Below, piece after piece: positions 28,363 through 37,535 of a stretch of 64,000 nucleotides of DNA. The position numbers and the translations under genes were made by a program. The notes beneath the pieces were generated by a model, which saw only the letters and a program-made list of their open reading frames with translations, made no database searches and was not told the DNA's origin. Each line of letters begins with the position of its first letter. Positions within the stretch are counted from its first letter, which is position 1. Source of the DNA: Nitrospirota bacterium (lineage in GTDB: Bacteria > Nitrospirota > Thermodesulfovibrionia > Thermodesulfovibrionales > UBA1546); contig JACPZK010000006.1 in NCBI GenBank assembly GCA_016195565.1, forward strand, positions 30,900-94,899, written 5' to 3'.

Positions 28363-28746
28363 TTATTCTTTCCCCTGATCAAAACTGCCTTTTAATTTCA
28401 TCTCAGCCACGGCCTTGCCATTCCTGCTGACAGACGCCTTAACCACAAAAGCACTGTTAGCGTCCTTTATCCCGCGGCAGACGCAAATGATTTCTTCAGA
28501 AGGAAAAACAGGAGCAAGGAATTTTACAGATACTATCTCTTTAAGCAATACTGATTTCCCCGTATATTTTTCTATCATCGTGGTGACACACTGTATCTGG
28601 CAGACACCCGGCAATACTTTCTCCTCCGGGAAATGTCCCTGAAAGCCGAGAAAATCTTCAGGGAATATAAAATAGGCAGTCAATACCCCTTCGTCCCCTG
28701 ATCCCAGTCCGGCCATGTATTTTTCTATTTGTTTTTTTATACTCAA
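28363..28746 (-). CDS. FabZ/FabA-like 3-hydroxyacyl-ACP dehydratase (hotdog)
   Basis: FLGFQGHFPEEKVLPGVCQIQ matches the dehydratase His motif (x-G-H-F-P...P-G-V). Confidence 0.75.
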   Translation of the reverse strand: MSIKKQIEKYMAGLGSGDEGVLTAYFIFPEDFLGFQGHFPEEKVLPGVCQIQCVTTMIEKYTGKSVLLKEIVSVKFLAPVFPSEEIICVCRGIKDANSAFVVKASVSRNGKAVAEMKLKGSFDQGKE

Positions 28747-29423
28747 TCCGAGATTTCCTTTAGTCTTACTATCAGTCTGTAGCCGTATTTATAATTCTTT
28801 AAAATAGTCCCGCCAGGATATATCTTGCCGTCCCTGCTTTGATATTCATAAAAAGAAACCCGCCATACAGGGCTCCCGTTCTCATAATATGTTTTTTCCT
28901 TTAAATATTGGTCCTGTCCTGAGAAAACATATTCAGCTGTCCCTTCTCCTTCTTTCTGCCTGAAGACAACAGCGAATTTCTCCTTTGTTGCTTCAGCCCA
29001 GTCTGAGGGAACCAGGTCAAAAGATATACGTTTGATATCTTCACCTACCGCCTTTGTAAAGTTGCCCTTTGAAGTAAATTCCGAAAGGGCAAAGCTGGTA
29101 TTTATACTGTCCTTGTCAATTGATATTTCGAAAAGCTTCATTCCCATCTGGTTTATACAGGCAAGGGTACAGGTCCTTTTCGCGGTATCAACATCTATAA
29201 ATCCTATGCCGGAAAATGTCCTCAAATTATACTCAAAGACAATTGTGTTTAGCAAACGGGAGCGCTCAGGAAGACTGCCTTTAAACCTTTCTCTTACAGC
29301 AGCAGGATCAACGGAGGCATAAGACTGATCAAGCTCTTTCTGAAACGAAATGCTCTCGCACCCGATTATGAGGAACAGAATGCAGAGAATTACAGCTCTC
29401 CCAACTAATGACATTAAGCTCAT
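28743..29423 (-). CDS. lipoprotein of unknown function (same position as the lipoprotein gene next to the exporter in aryl-polyene loci)
   Basis: Start at ATG 29423 gives the signal peptide MSLMSLVGRAVILCILFLIIGC (lipobox) and an ATGA overlap with the MMPL stop. Confidence 0.6.
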   Translation of the reverse strand: MSLMSLVGRAVILCILFLIIGCESISFQKELDQSYASVDPAAVRERFKGSLPERSRLLNTIVFEYNLRTFSGIGFIDVDTAKRTCTLACINQMGMKLFEISIDKDSINTSFALSEFTSKGNFTKAVGEDIKRISFDLVPSDWAEATKEKFAVVFRQKEGEGTAEYVFSGQDQYLKEKTYYENGSPVWRVSFYEYQSRDGKIYPGGTILKNYKYGYRLIVRLKEISD

Positions 29424-31804
29424 GCGCCCTCCTTTTGTTTCCGTGTTGACAGCATAATGCAGAACGCGGGCACAACGAACATAGCAGAAAGGTATCCTGC
29501 TGACATGCATATCACCATCGCCATACCGGTTGAAGAAAAGGCCGGATGTTTGGCAAAAAGCAGGGCGCCTGCACCGATAATGTTTGTAGCAGCAGACATA
29601 GAAACGACAAACGCGGTTCCCATAGTTAAATTATTCCTGTAATCATATGTTCTGCCGATACCGTAGTCCACTATAACACCGCTTGTAATGATCGCTGCAA
29701 CAATGTTCACCACATTGAGAGGAAAACCAAGGAGCGACATAAGACCGGTTAACCATATCATTCCGGTTAAAACAGGGATGAGGGCAATAGCAGTCTCCCT
29801 GATGTTCCTGAAAAATAAATACGTCAGGACAATATTGAATATTACAGCAAGCGGTATAAGGAGCTTAGCTTCCTTTGCTGTGAAACTTGATATTGATTCG
29901 GACATGGCACGGCCTGAGACAATGAACGATCCCGGATAATCCCTGCTCAGGTCTGACATGGTTTTTATAAATTCCTTTTCATCAGGGAAAAATGACAGCA
30001 TCCTGTATCCCTCAGGCCTTTCCTGAACAAACCTCTCTTTTACATTATCTATGAACCCGTTATTAACATTGTTTTTATCCACAGCTTTATAAAGGTTATC
30101 AAAAAAAGGAGAAAAGGCATTTTCTGAAAAATCGTACTTCCCCGACTCACTCTTAATTAGAGCTTTAAGCCTCGCCTCCCTTCCCTGCTTCCAGAAATTA
30201 TTCCAGTCTTCAACATTTTTTCTTCTCGTCTCTTCAGAAGACCAGAACATGGCCAAGCTCGAAAAACGCTCAGTATTCATGGATTCTGCAACCCTTTGGA
30301 ATATTGCGTCATTTGTTTTCATCGCCTCCTCAAAAGTACTGCCAGTAACCACAAAGATCGCCTGTCCACCCTTCCCTCCCCAGACCTCATGAAAGCTTTT
30401 TTCTGCATTTATCACCTCAGGCTCACTTCCGTCGAGCTGTTTGATATCACTTTCTATTCTGGTATTCAGTGACAGTATCGCAGCAGCAACAGTCAGAATA
30501 GCCCACAAGCCTATGCTCACATTTCTCAGCTTCGGGTTTTTTTCGAGCCTGTCCGCTATCCTCGGCTGTTTTATCTCAGGACATTTTTTCCAGGACAAGG
30601 TGAGGGGCAGGATAAAGAGCGCAAATAAGAGGGATATTACAATACACAGTATTGAGAAAAGGGCCAGTTGGTGGTATCCATGGATTTTTGAGAAGTAAAG
30701 GACATAAAATCCGAATGCCGAAGTTATAGCGTCAATGCATAAAAGTTTAGCGAGCTTCAGTGCCCGGGATGAGTCAGCGCCTTTTCTTGCTGAAATATAG
30801 ACCATGAGGCCGTAATCAACAGAGATACCTGCTATCGCAGTCCCGAATCCGATGACCAGATAGGAGAGTTTTCCTGCATAGACACTCGAAATATTGATCG
30901 CTATGGCTACCGCAATAAGCGGAATAACATATACCAGGACAACTCTCATGTCCCTGAAGACAGCAAAAAAAAGCAGGAGAAAAACGATAGAAACCATGAT
31001 CGACAGAAGACTGATATCCCGCTTAATGACCTTCTCGTTGCTGACAGTATGCCGGTGCCCGCTGATTACATCCGCTGAGATATACTTTGGTAACCGCCCG
31101 ATATTTTCTTCAAGTGCAGCCAGAAGCCTTTTGGAGTTAGGCCCGTCCGTTATCTTCACCGGCGTCTGAATGATCAGCATCGCATGACGGCCGTCACTGC
31201 TTATAAAATGGCCGTCTTCAACAGAGACGTCATACCCCATAGAAGCAGGAAGTGCCTTCAGCTTTTCCATGAGAATGAAGTTTATGCCGAGCGGGTCTGC
31301 CCTGTATAATGGCGTCATAAACACGCTCTCCGGCTTCAGAGACTGTATATAGATCCTCTTTAATTTTTCTGATACTGATGCAGCATTTATAAGACTGTCA
31401 ATAGAGGAAAGGTCTTTCTCAGTAAGGATCTGGGGGGCATAATTCAAAAAAAAACCATCCATCATATTCATGACGGAAAACCCTGTGGTCACCTTAGTGA
31501 ATAGAGGGGGAGATAGAGAGGCAGCCAGCTGATCTACTGCATTAAAAAGGTTCTTTTTTCCTGCATCATCAGTTGTGAGTGAAAAAGATACGATGATCTT
31601 GTCGGACAAATTTGAATCCCGCAGGAAATTCATGCTGCGGGTAATCTCTTCATCGGGCGGAAGCATCAGATCGATGTTGCCCTCGTAATGCACAAAGAAA
31701 AGCCCGGCTCCGGCTGTGATGTTAAGGAGGATTATGACAGAGAGAACGAACTTCTTGTTGGCCTTCAGGAAATCAGACAACAAAACAAAATACTTATCAA
31801 ACAC
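29420..31804 (-). CDS. MMPL/RND-superfamily lipid exporter
   Basis: 794 aa with two hydrophobic multi-helix bundles separated by large soluble loops, as in MMPL/RND-type exporters; GTG start overlapping the LolA-like stop. Confidence 0.75.
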   Translation of the reverse strand: MFDKYFVLLSDFLKANKKFVLSVIILLNITAGAGLFFVHYEGNIDLMLPPDEEITRSMNFLRDSNLSDKIIVSFSLTTDDAGKKNLFNAVDQLAASLSPPLFTKVTTGFSVMNMMDGFFLNYAPQILTEKDLSSIDSLINAASVSEKLKRIYIQSLKPESVFMTPLYRADPLGINFILMEKLKALPASMGYDVSVEDGHFISSDGRHAMLIIQTPVKITDGPNSKRLLAALEENIGRLPKYISADVISGHRHTVSNEKVIKRDISLLSIMVSIVFLLLFFAVFRDMRVVLVYVIPLIAVAIAINISSVYAGKLSYLVIGFGTAIAGISVDYGLMVYISARKGADSSRALKLAKLLCIDAITSAFGFYVLYFSKIHGYHQLALFSILCIVISLLFALFILPLTLSWKKCPEIKQPRIADRLEKNPKLRNVSIGLWAILTVAAAILSLNTRIESDIKQLDGSEPEVINAEKSFHEVWGGKGGQAIFVVTGSTFEEAMKTNDAIFQRVAESMNTERFSSLAMFWSSEETRRKNVEDWNNFWKQGREARLKALIKSESGKYDFSENAFSPFFDNLYKAVDKNNVNNGFIDNVKERFVQERPEGYRMLSFFPDEKEFIKTMSDLSRDYPGSFIVSGRAMSESISSFTAKEAKLLIPLAVIFNIVLTYLFFRNIRETAIALIPVLTGMIWLTGLMSLLGFPLNVVNIVAAIITSGVIVDYGIGRTYDYRNNLTMGTAFVVSMSAATNIIGAGALLFAKHPAFSSTGMAMVICMSAGYLSAMFVVPAFCIMLSTRKQKEGA

Positions 31805-32510
31805 GCTTTACCTCAAAAAATCTGCTTTCAACAGGCATGTCCAGCTGAGTATTGGAAAACTCGATAGTGGTCGTATCTCCGCTCATTTCATCAATCATTA
31901 TCTTTCTGAGATATTTTTCATCTTCCCTGAACGTTATCGTGATGCTTTTGATCATCTTCTTTGCGATGTTCTTATCATTTGGGACAAACTCGATGACCAG
32001 AGGATGCTGCTGGAGTATGCTTACGTTATTGTCATCCATAAGAGCCCCGTATTCCCCTGAGAACCATACTGATAATTGGGTTATGACGTTCTTAAATATC
32101 GGGTTCTTCGCAAGAGACAGCTCCTGTACCTTGTTCGTATCTTCATCCCATTGCCGGATATATTTATCTGTGATGACCACTGAATATTTCACGGGCTTGT
32201 CAACATGCCAGGCCAGCATATTAGGCTTCTGCATATAGATGCGTCCGCGCAGGATTATCTTCTTTTTGAACATCGCCAGATTTTTTTCCTGTACAAAATC
32301 CGTCTTGAGGCTCTTGAAGTTAGAGACTTTTTTCCCTATCATGCGAAGCAGTTCTTTAACCTCCGCTGATTTGGCAGAGAGTTCACCTTTGCCGCTGTTT
32401 CCTCCTGCAGTCTCGCAAGCGGCCTGGTCAAAACTGAAAACAGGCAGGAAGAAAGCAAGGGACATTATAAGAAGAAAATTTATTATTATTTTCATTTTTC
32501 TATTTTTCAT
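31797..32510 (-). CDS. LolA-like outer-membrane lipoprotein carrier protein
   Basis: Signal peptide, ~210-aa soluble domain with FVQEKNLAMFKKKIILRGRIYMQKPNMLAW, typical of the LolA/LolB fold family. Start could also be ATG 32495. Confidence 0.6.
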   Translation of the reverse strand: MKNRKMKIIINFLLIMSLAFFLPVFSFDQAACETAGGNSGKGELSAKSAEVKELLRMIGKKVSNFKSLKTDFVQEKNLAMFKKKIILRGRIYMQKPNMLAWHVDKPVKYSVVITDKYIRQWDEDTNKVQELSLAKNPIFKNVITQLSVWFSGEYGALMDDNNVSILQQHPLVIEFVPNDKNIAKKMIKSITITFREDEKYLRKIMIDEMSGDTTTIEFSNTQLDMPVESRFFEVKRV

Positions 32511-33972
32511 CCTGCCAGACCTTTATCTCGCCTCTGGCTATAATGTCCTCTCCCTTGAATATCTCTCCCTTTATTACCCCGAACCCGCCATACTTCGCCA
32601 GCTTACAAACTGATACCCGCAAGGTATCGCCGACGCGTGCGCTCCCGAGGATCTCCAGGTTCTTTACTCCAAGCAGAAAACCTTTTGACCCGCCGTTGCC
32701 ATTCTTTATTTTTCTGAACCCGTCCTGTGCTGCAATCGATTGGGCAATAAGCTCAGGATAGGAGGCTTCGTCAAGCCTGCCGTCTTCAGAGACGAATATA
32801 GTGTCCTTTGAAATCTCGACTTCAGTTATGGATTCACGTTCTTTTATTGCGACCAGTTTTTTAACGATGAGCATCGGAGGTTTGTGAGGGATTAATTCTG
32901 AAGCGTTTACGGGAAGCCTGACAATATCGTCCTGCCTGTCCGCGTTCTTCCAGCATAATGGGTCAGAAGCAAGATAGTCGCCTGTCAGTTGATAAGCTGC
33001 ACCCCTGCAGCCATAACACTTGTTCAGATTAAGGCATTCACTGCACGGCCCCTTGATCGTCTTTTTATAGTTCTTCAGGTCCTGCATTACCTCGCTCTCA
33101 CGGATAATATCAGCCAGTTTCTTCTCCCTGATATTCCCGACAGGTATTGTTACTCCCACGCAGGGCTGTACATATCCGTAAGAATCAATTGCACAGGAGA
33201 ACTGGTGGCGCAGGCATTCTCCTGCAACCAAAGGCGGCTGGGGGTCCCAGTTGTTTCCGTATTTATCGCGGTCTATCTCAGCTATCCTGCAGAAAAACTT
33301 ATGTATGCGTTCAGTGTCAACATCCAGCAGATCGTTTGCTTTGGCATTCCCCTGAGGAGTTATCATTTCAAAAAAGGGTATAATGTTCTGGTCCCTCAGC
33401 CACGTCCACATGCCTTCAAGTTCAGCAATATTCTGCCTGCAGATAATTGTACTTATCCCGAGAGGAGCGCCTGAAGGATAGCCAGTGCCTTTAAGGTTAT
33501 TGAAAGCTTCATATATCTGATTATATGCGCCCTTTCTGCCTGCAAGCATGTCCTGGATCTTCTCATCGGCCGAGTTCATCTTCAGTACCACTGCAACTCC
33601 GAGCTCATATAACATCCGGGCCTTTGAGGCGTCTATGCCTGTGCCGTTTGTAAAAAGTTCCACATACAATCCCTGTGATTTTATGAAACCGAGCATGTCA
33701 AAGATGTGCGGATAGACCATCGGTTCTCCGCCGAGGATTATTATCTTCTTCGCGCCCAGTTCTTTTACCTGAAGGACTAAATCCTTGATTTCCCCTGCAG
33801 TTAATTCTCCCTCAAATCTTGAATCATCCTTTGCATAGCAGTAAACACAGTTAAAATTGCACCTGCGGCTGAATTCTATCTCAGCTGATAAAAGCCTGTT
33901 GTTGCTGACAGCATCTTCTATTTCCTCCGGAGAAAATTCAGCTCCATACATGCTGTTGTTACAACTCTCCAT
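32500..33972 (-). CDS. radical SAM/SPASM enzyme fused to a C-terminal hotdog dehydratase domain
   Basis: CNFNCVYC at residues 38-45. Cys-rich SPASM-type region CLRHQFSC...PCVG...CSECLNLNKCYGCRGAAY...PLC. Residues ~355-490 begin LIPHKPPMLIV and end in a FabZ/ApeI-like hotdog. Confidence 0.75.
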   Translation of the reverse strand: MESCNNSMYGAEFSPEEIEDAVSNNRLLSAEIEFSRRCNFNCVYCYAKDDSRFEGELTAGEIKDLVLQVKELGAKKIIILGGEPMVYPHIFDMLGFIKSQGLYVELFTNGTGIDASKARMLYELGVAVVLKMNSADEKIQDMLAGRKGAYNQIYEAFNNLKGTGYPSGAPLGISTIICRQNIAELEGMWTWLRDQNIIPFFEMITPQGNAKANDLLDVDTERIHKFFCRIAEIDRDKYGNNWDPQPPLVAGECLRHQFSCAIDSYGYVQPCVGVTIPVGNIREKKLADIIRESEVMQDLKNYKKTIKGPCSECLNLNKCYGCRGAAYQLTGDYLASDPLCWKNADRQDDIVRLPVNASELIPHKPPMLIVKKLVAIKERESITEVEISKDTIFVSEDGRLDEASYPELIAQSIAAQDGFRKIKNGNGGSKGFLLGVKNLEILGSARVGDTLRVSVCKLAKYGGFGVIKGEIFKGEDIIARGEIKVWQDEK

Positions 33973-35269
33973 TTGTCTGTCTCCTGTCTATCAATCTTAT
34001 TAATTTCCGTGAATTCCCTGAATAAACCTGCTCCATTACCTGCTCTTCACTCATAATGACCACCTCAGGACTCACCCTCAGACTGGCCTGAAGCTGTGCA
34101 GAAATGCTCTCCGGCGAACATGAACCATTGTTCACTGATACATATATCTTTACGTGATCGGAAAGGTCATAATTGCTTGTGAGCGTGACATAGTATTTGC
34201 TTATGCCAGGTATCCCGTCCAGCACAGAGTATATGGCCTGAGGATAGAGGGTCGTACCCCTGAATTTTATCATCTGTTTTTTTCTTCCGAGTATAGGCCC
34301 GAGACGGGGGGAGAAACGCCCGCAGCCGCACGGCTCGTCTATTATAAAACTTACATCACCAGTCTTGAATCTAAGCAGAGGCATCCCATCTATGGAGAAC
34401 GGCGTTACAACGACCTCTCCTGTTTCCCCTGCCTGTAAAACCCTCCCTTTTTCATCCACAATCTCAACGATGGCGAGATCCGGATGGAGATGTCCTCCTG
34501 CCTGCATCCTACATTCGCAGAAAGTCGTAATGGTTTCAGATGAGGCATATGTCGAAAAAACCTTTGCTCCCCACATCTCCTCAATGTGAGATCCCATTCT
34601 AAGAAGTGACATATCTTTATCCCTTAAGGGTTCACCGATACAGACCAGTCTCTTTACGCCGATATCGCGTGGATCAATATTTTTTGATTCTATATATTTA
34701 CCAAGCTTAAGGATAAAAGAAGGCACACCGACAATGACAGTCGGCCTGGCCCTCTGAATTATCTCAAGGTGGCTTGCAGTAGTGTTCAGCCCATTTCTGA
34801 CAGCAGCAGCGCCGAGGCTTCTTATACCCAGAAAGTAGGCAAGGCCTGCGACAAAACATTTATCAATAGTACAGGTAAGAAGGACAATGTCATCAGCCGT
34901 AATTCCGCATCCGGCAAAAGATATCTCTTCATTGTATGCAAGCCTCTTTAAATCGTTTTCAGTGTACATAATCTGTGAGGGTTTACCGGTAGTTCCTGAA
35001 GAAAAGACTATATCAACTATTTTCGAAAGAGGCGCTGCAAGAAAATCATCGCAGTATTTCCCGAATTCTGATTTGTCGGTATACGGCAGTTCATGCAGAT
35101 TTTTAAGGCTTATATTCTGTATGTCCATCCCTTTCAGCGTCCTGCGGTAATAGGGCGAATTGTTAATCAGATAATCCAGATGCTCCCTGAGAAGTTTCTC
35201 CTGTACTTCACTTATCCTGTCTCTGCCGGAAAATTCAATATTTCTGTATGAAGCAGAAAATTCTTTCAT
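33959..35269 (-). CDS. phenylacetate-CoA ligase (PaaK)/F390 synthetase-like adenylating enzyme
   Basis: FSSGTTGKPSQIMYT, short (~435 aa) ANL architecture typical of PaaK-like enzymes. ATG 35269 forms an ATGA overlap with the upstream stop. Confidence 0.7.
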   Translation of the reverse strand: MKEFSASYRNIEFSGRDRISEVQEKLLREHLDYLINNSPYYRRTLKGMDIQNISLKNLHELPYTDKSEFGKYCDDFLAAPLSKIVDIVFSSGTTGKPSQIMYTENDLKRLAYNEEISFAGCGITADDIVLLTCTIDKCFVAGLAYFLGIRSLGAAAVRNGLNTTASHLEIIQRARPTVIVGVPSFILKLGKYIESKNIDPRDIGVKRLVCIGEPLRDKDMSLLRMGSHIEEMWGAKVFSTYASSETITTFCECRMQAGGHLHPDLAIVEIVDEKGRVLQAGETGEVVVTPFSIDGMPLLRFKTGDVSFIIDEPCGCGRFSPRLGPILGRKKQMIKFRGTTLYPQAIYSVLDGIPGISKYYVTLTSNYDLSDHVKIYVSVNNGSCSPESISAQLQASLRVSPEVVIMSEEQVMEQVYSGNSRKLIRLIDRRQTNGEL

Positions 35270-36015
35270 GCCTTGCACTCCATCAGGGAAAGTTCCTTGT
35301 CTATAGTTTCCCGCACTCTGTTCTTAAGAGAAAAGACGCTAAAATCCTTGTATTCCTCCCAAAGGACCGCAGGCAGTCTGCGCACTCTGATCGTACCGGG
35401 ATGTAAAAACAGAGAACCCCTCGGCGGAATATTTTCACTTCCTGAGATACAAAGAGGGACTATCATGGCCTTTGATCTGAGAGCCAGGCGGAATGCCGCG
35501 CCATGAAAAGGGCCTATCTCCCTGTTTCCAGAACGGGTTCCCTCAGGAAAAAAGATTATTGAAACGCCTTCATCAAGCAAGGCTGCTGCCTTTTCATTAA
35601 AATCTTCAGGCATCATATTCCTAATGTCCAGATATTCCGCCATTCTTGCAAAACGTCCCAGTACAGGAATACGGAACGGCCAGATGTTCACAACCTGCAC
35701 TGCTTCAAGAGGCAGAACGCACATCAGAAAAGCGTCAGTGGCTGCCCTGTGATTGCAGACAAAGATATAAGACCCGTCAGAAACTTCTCCTGAATGGTCC
35801 TCGTAATGAATCCTTATGAACGGAAATGTAACAGATGTCATCACCATGCCATACCAGCTTATGCAGCGCCTGAATCTTTTCATGACAGTCCTTTTTGATA
35901 CGAAAAAAGACAAAAAGAACACAAAGAGCGAGAGTAGCGGAATAACAATCGCAGAAGCAATTAAAAACATCACATAAAAATAAATGTTCATCAGAATGAG
36001 TAATATCCTACCCAT
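35266..36015 (-). CDS. PlsC-type 1-acylglycerol-3-phosphate O-acyltransferase family protein
   Basis: N-terminal TM helices, NHRAATD (HX4D) and FFPEGTRS motifs. Confidence 0.8.
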   Translation of the reverse strand: MGRILLILMNIYFYVMFLIASAIVIPLLSLFVFFLSFFVSKRTVMKRFRRCISWYGMVMTSVTFPFIRIHYEDHSGEVSDGSYIFVCNHRAATDAFLMCVLPLEAVQVVNIWPFRIPVLGRFARMAEYLDIRNMMPEDFNEKAAALLDEGVSIIFFPEGTRSGNREIGPFHGAAFRLALRSKAMIVPLCISGSENIPPRGSLFLHPGTIRVRRLPAVLWEEYKDFSVFSLKNRVRETIDKELSLMECKA

Positions 36016-36018
36016 TCT

Positions 36019-36285
36019 TCAGGAATCCTTCCTTCCTTCAGCATTTTTTATTGACAAAATAAACTGATACACGTCCTGCAGGGTGCGTATGTTTCTTATC
36101 TTCTCTTCATTTCTGATATTTATCCCGAAGCTCTTTTGGAGCGCAACAACTAAATCCACTATATCGAGGCTGTCTAACCCGAGGTCGCTGAAGATATGCG
36201 CCTCAGGCTTTAACCTGTCGCTTTCTATCTCGAAAAACTCTTCAAAGACCTTATTGGTCTTCTCGATAATCTCCTCCTCAGTCAT
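36019..36285 (-). CDS. acyl carrier protein (ACP-3)
   Basis: 88 aa with LGLDSLDIVD motif. Confidence 0.85.
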   Translation of the reverse strand: MTEEEIIEKTNKVFEEFFEIESDRLKPEAHIFSDLGLDSLDIVDLVVALQKSFGINIRNEEKIRNIRTLQDVYQFILSIKNAEGRKDS

Positions 36286-36308
36286 TCTTCCACCTCATCA
36301 GTATAATT

Positions 36309-37535
36309 TTACAACTTCCTGCAGACAAGTGCTGCATTAATACCTCCAAATGCAAAACAGTTCTTTAATATCGTATCTATTTTTTTTGTGACAGGGCTTG
36401 TGACATGATTTATTCCCATGCACTCAGGGCTTACATTATCCAGATTAAGAGTCGGATATATAACACCTTTCTGCATCATCTGCAAAGAGGCGATGAGCTC
36501 GATCGCGCCGGAAGCCCCAAGTGTATGGCCTATATATCCCTTGAGGCTGCTTACCGGGACAGAAGAACCAAAGACCTCTTTGATAGCCTCAGCCTCTTCC
36601 TTGTCTCCCTGAATTGTTGCTGTAGCATGGGCATTTATATAATCAATATCATCCTTTGTGATTCCGGCATCGCTCAGCGCCTGCTGCATGCATAGAACCA
36701 TAGAGTCTTTATTGGACTGGCTGACGTGCGAGCCGTTTCCGTTCGTGCTGTAACCGATAATCTCAGCGTATATCTTTGTATTCCTCCAAACCGCGCTGTC
36801 ATAATCTTCGAGGACAAGAACACCGCTTCCTTCACCGCAGACAAGGCCATCCCTGTCCCTGTCAAAAGGCCTCGGTGTCTTTGACGGATTATTGTTAAAA
36901 CCTGCTGAAGTGGCCATGAGAACATCAAAAGACCCTGTGACGGTAGGATGGACCTCTTCAGCCCCGCCGCAGAGCATTATCTCCTGCCTTCCCAATCTCA
37001 CAAGGTCATATCCCACCCCAATTGCATGAAGTGAAGATGCGCAGGCAGCTGAGGTGGCCATTATAAAACCTTCCAGCTCGAGGTACTGGGCAACGTTCGC
37101 AGCCGCGGTATGCGACATGCACTGAAAGAACATCGAAGAGTTAAGCTGACTGATGTCCTTTTCCGGCAGCATTATCTCAAAGGCGTCGTTAATGCTCTTT
37201 GCACTTCCCATAGTTGAGCCGATGACGCACCCGATTTTCAATTGAGGGATATCAGAGAAGCTGAAGCCAGAATCAGCAAGCGCCTGTTCAGCGGCCTGTG
37301 CTGAAAAAATACTCATGCGTCCCATAAAACGCCTCTTGTTCCTTGGTATTTTACGTTCATTCTGTATCTCTGCCGGTGCAGCAACATGGCTCCTGAGGCC
37401 TGTATATTTGTCCCAGCCTTCCATTAAACGCACTGCGCTCCTTCCATGATCGATCCCATCCATCAGCGCTTTCACATCATTGCCAAAGGGAGAAACAGAA
37501 CCCATTCCTGTAATTACGACTCTCTTTAACTGCAT
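36309..37535 (-). CDS. beta-ketoacyl-ACP synthase (FabF/FabB-like)
   Basis: MQLKRVVITGMGSVSPFG, TSAACASSLHAIG (Cys), NAHATAT, IGHTLGASG. Confidence 0.9.
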   Translation of the reverse strand: MQLKRVVITGMGSVSPFGNDVKALMDGIDHGRSAVRLMEGWDKYTGLRSHVAAPAEIQNERKIPRNKRRFMGRMSIFSAQAAEQALADSGFSFSDIPQLKIGCVIGSTMGSAKSINDAFEIMLPEKDISQLNSSMFFQCMSHTAAANVAQYLELEGFIMATSAACASSLHAIGVGYDLVRLGRQEIMLCGGAEEVHPTVTGSFDVLMATSAGFNNNPSKTPRPFDRDRDGLVCGEGSGVLVLEDYDSAVWRNTKIYAEIIGYSTNGNGSHVSQSNKDSMVLCMQQALSDAGITKDDIDYINAHATATIQGDKEEAEAIKEVFGSSVPVSSLKGYIGHTLGASGAIELIASLQMMQKGVIYPTLNLDNVSPECMGINHVTSPVTKKIDTILKNCFAFGGINAALVCRKL

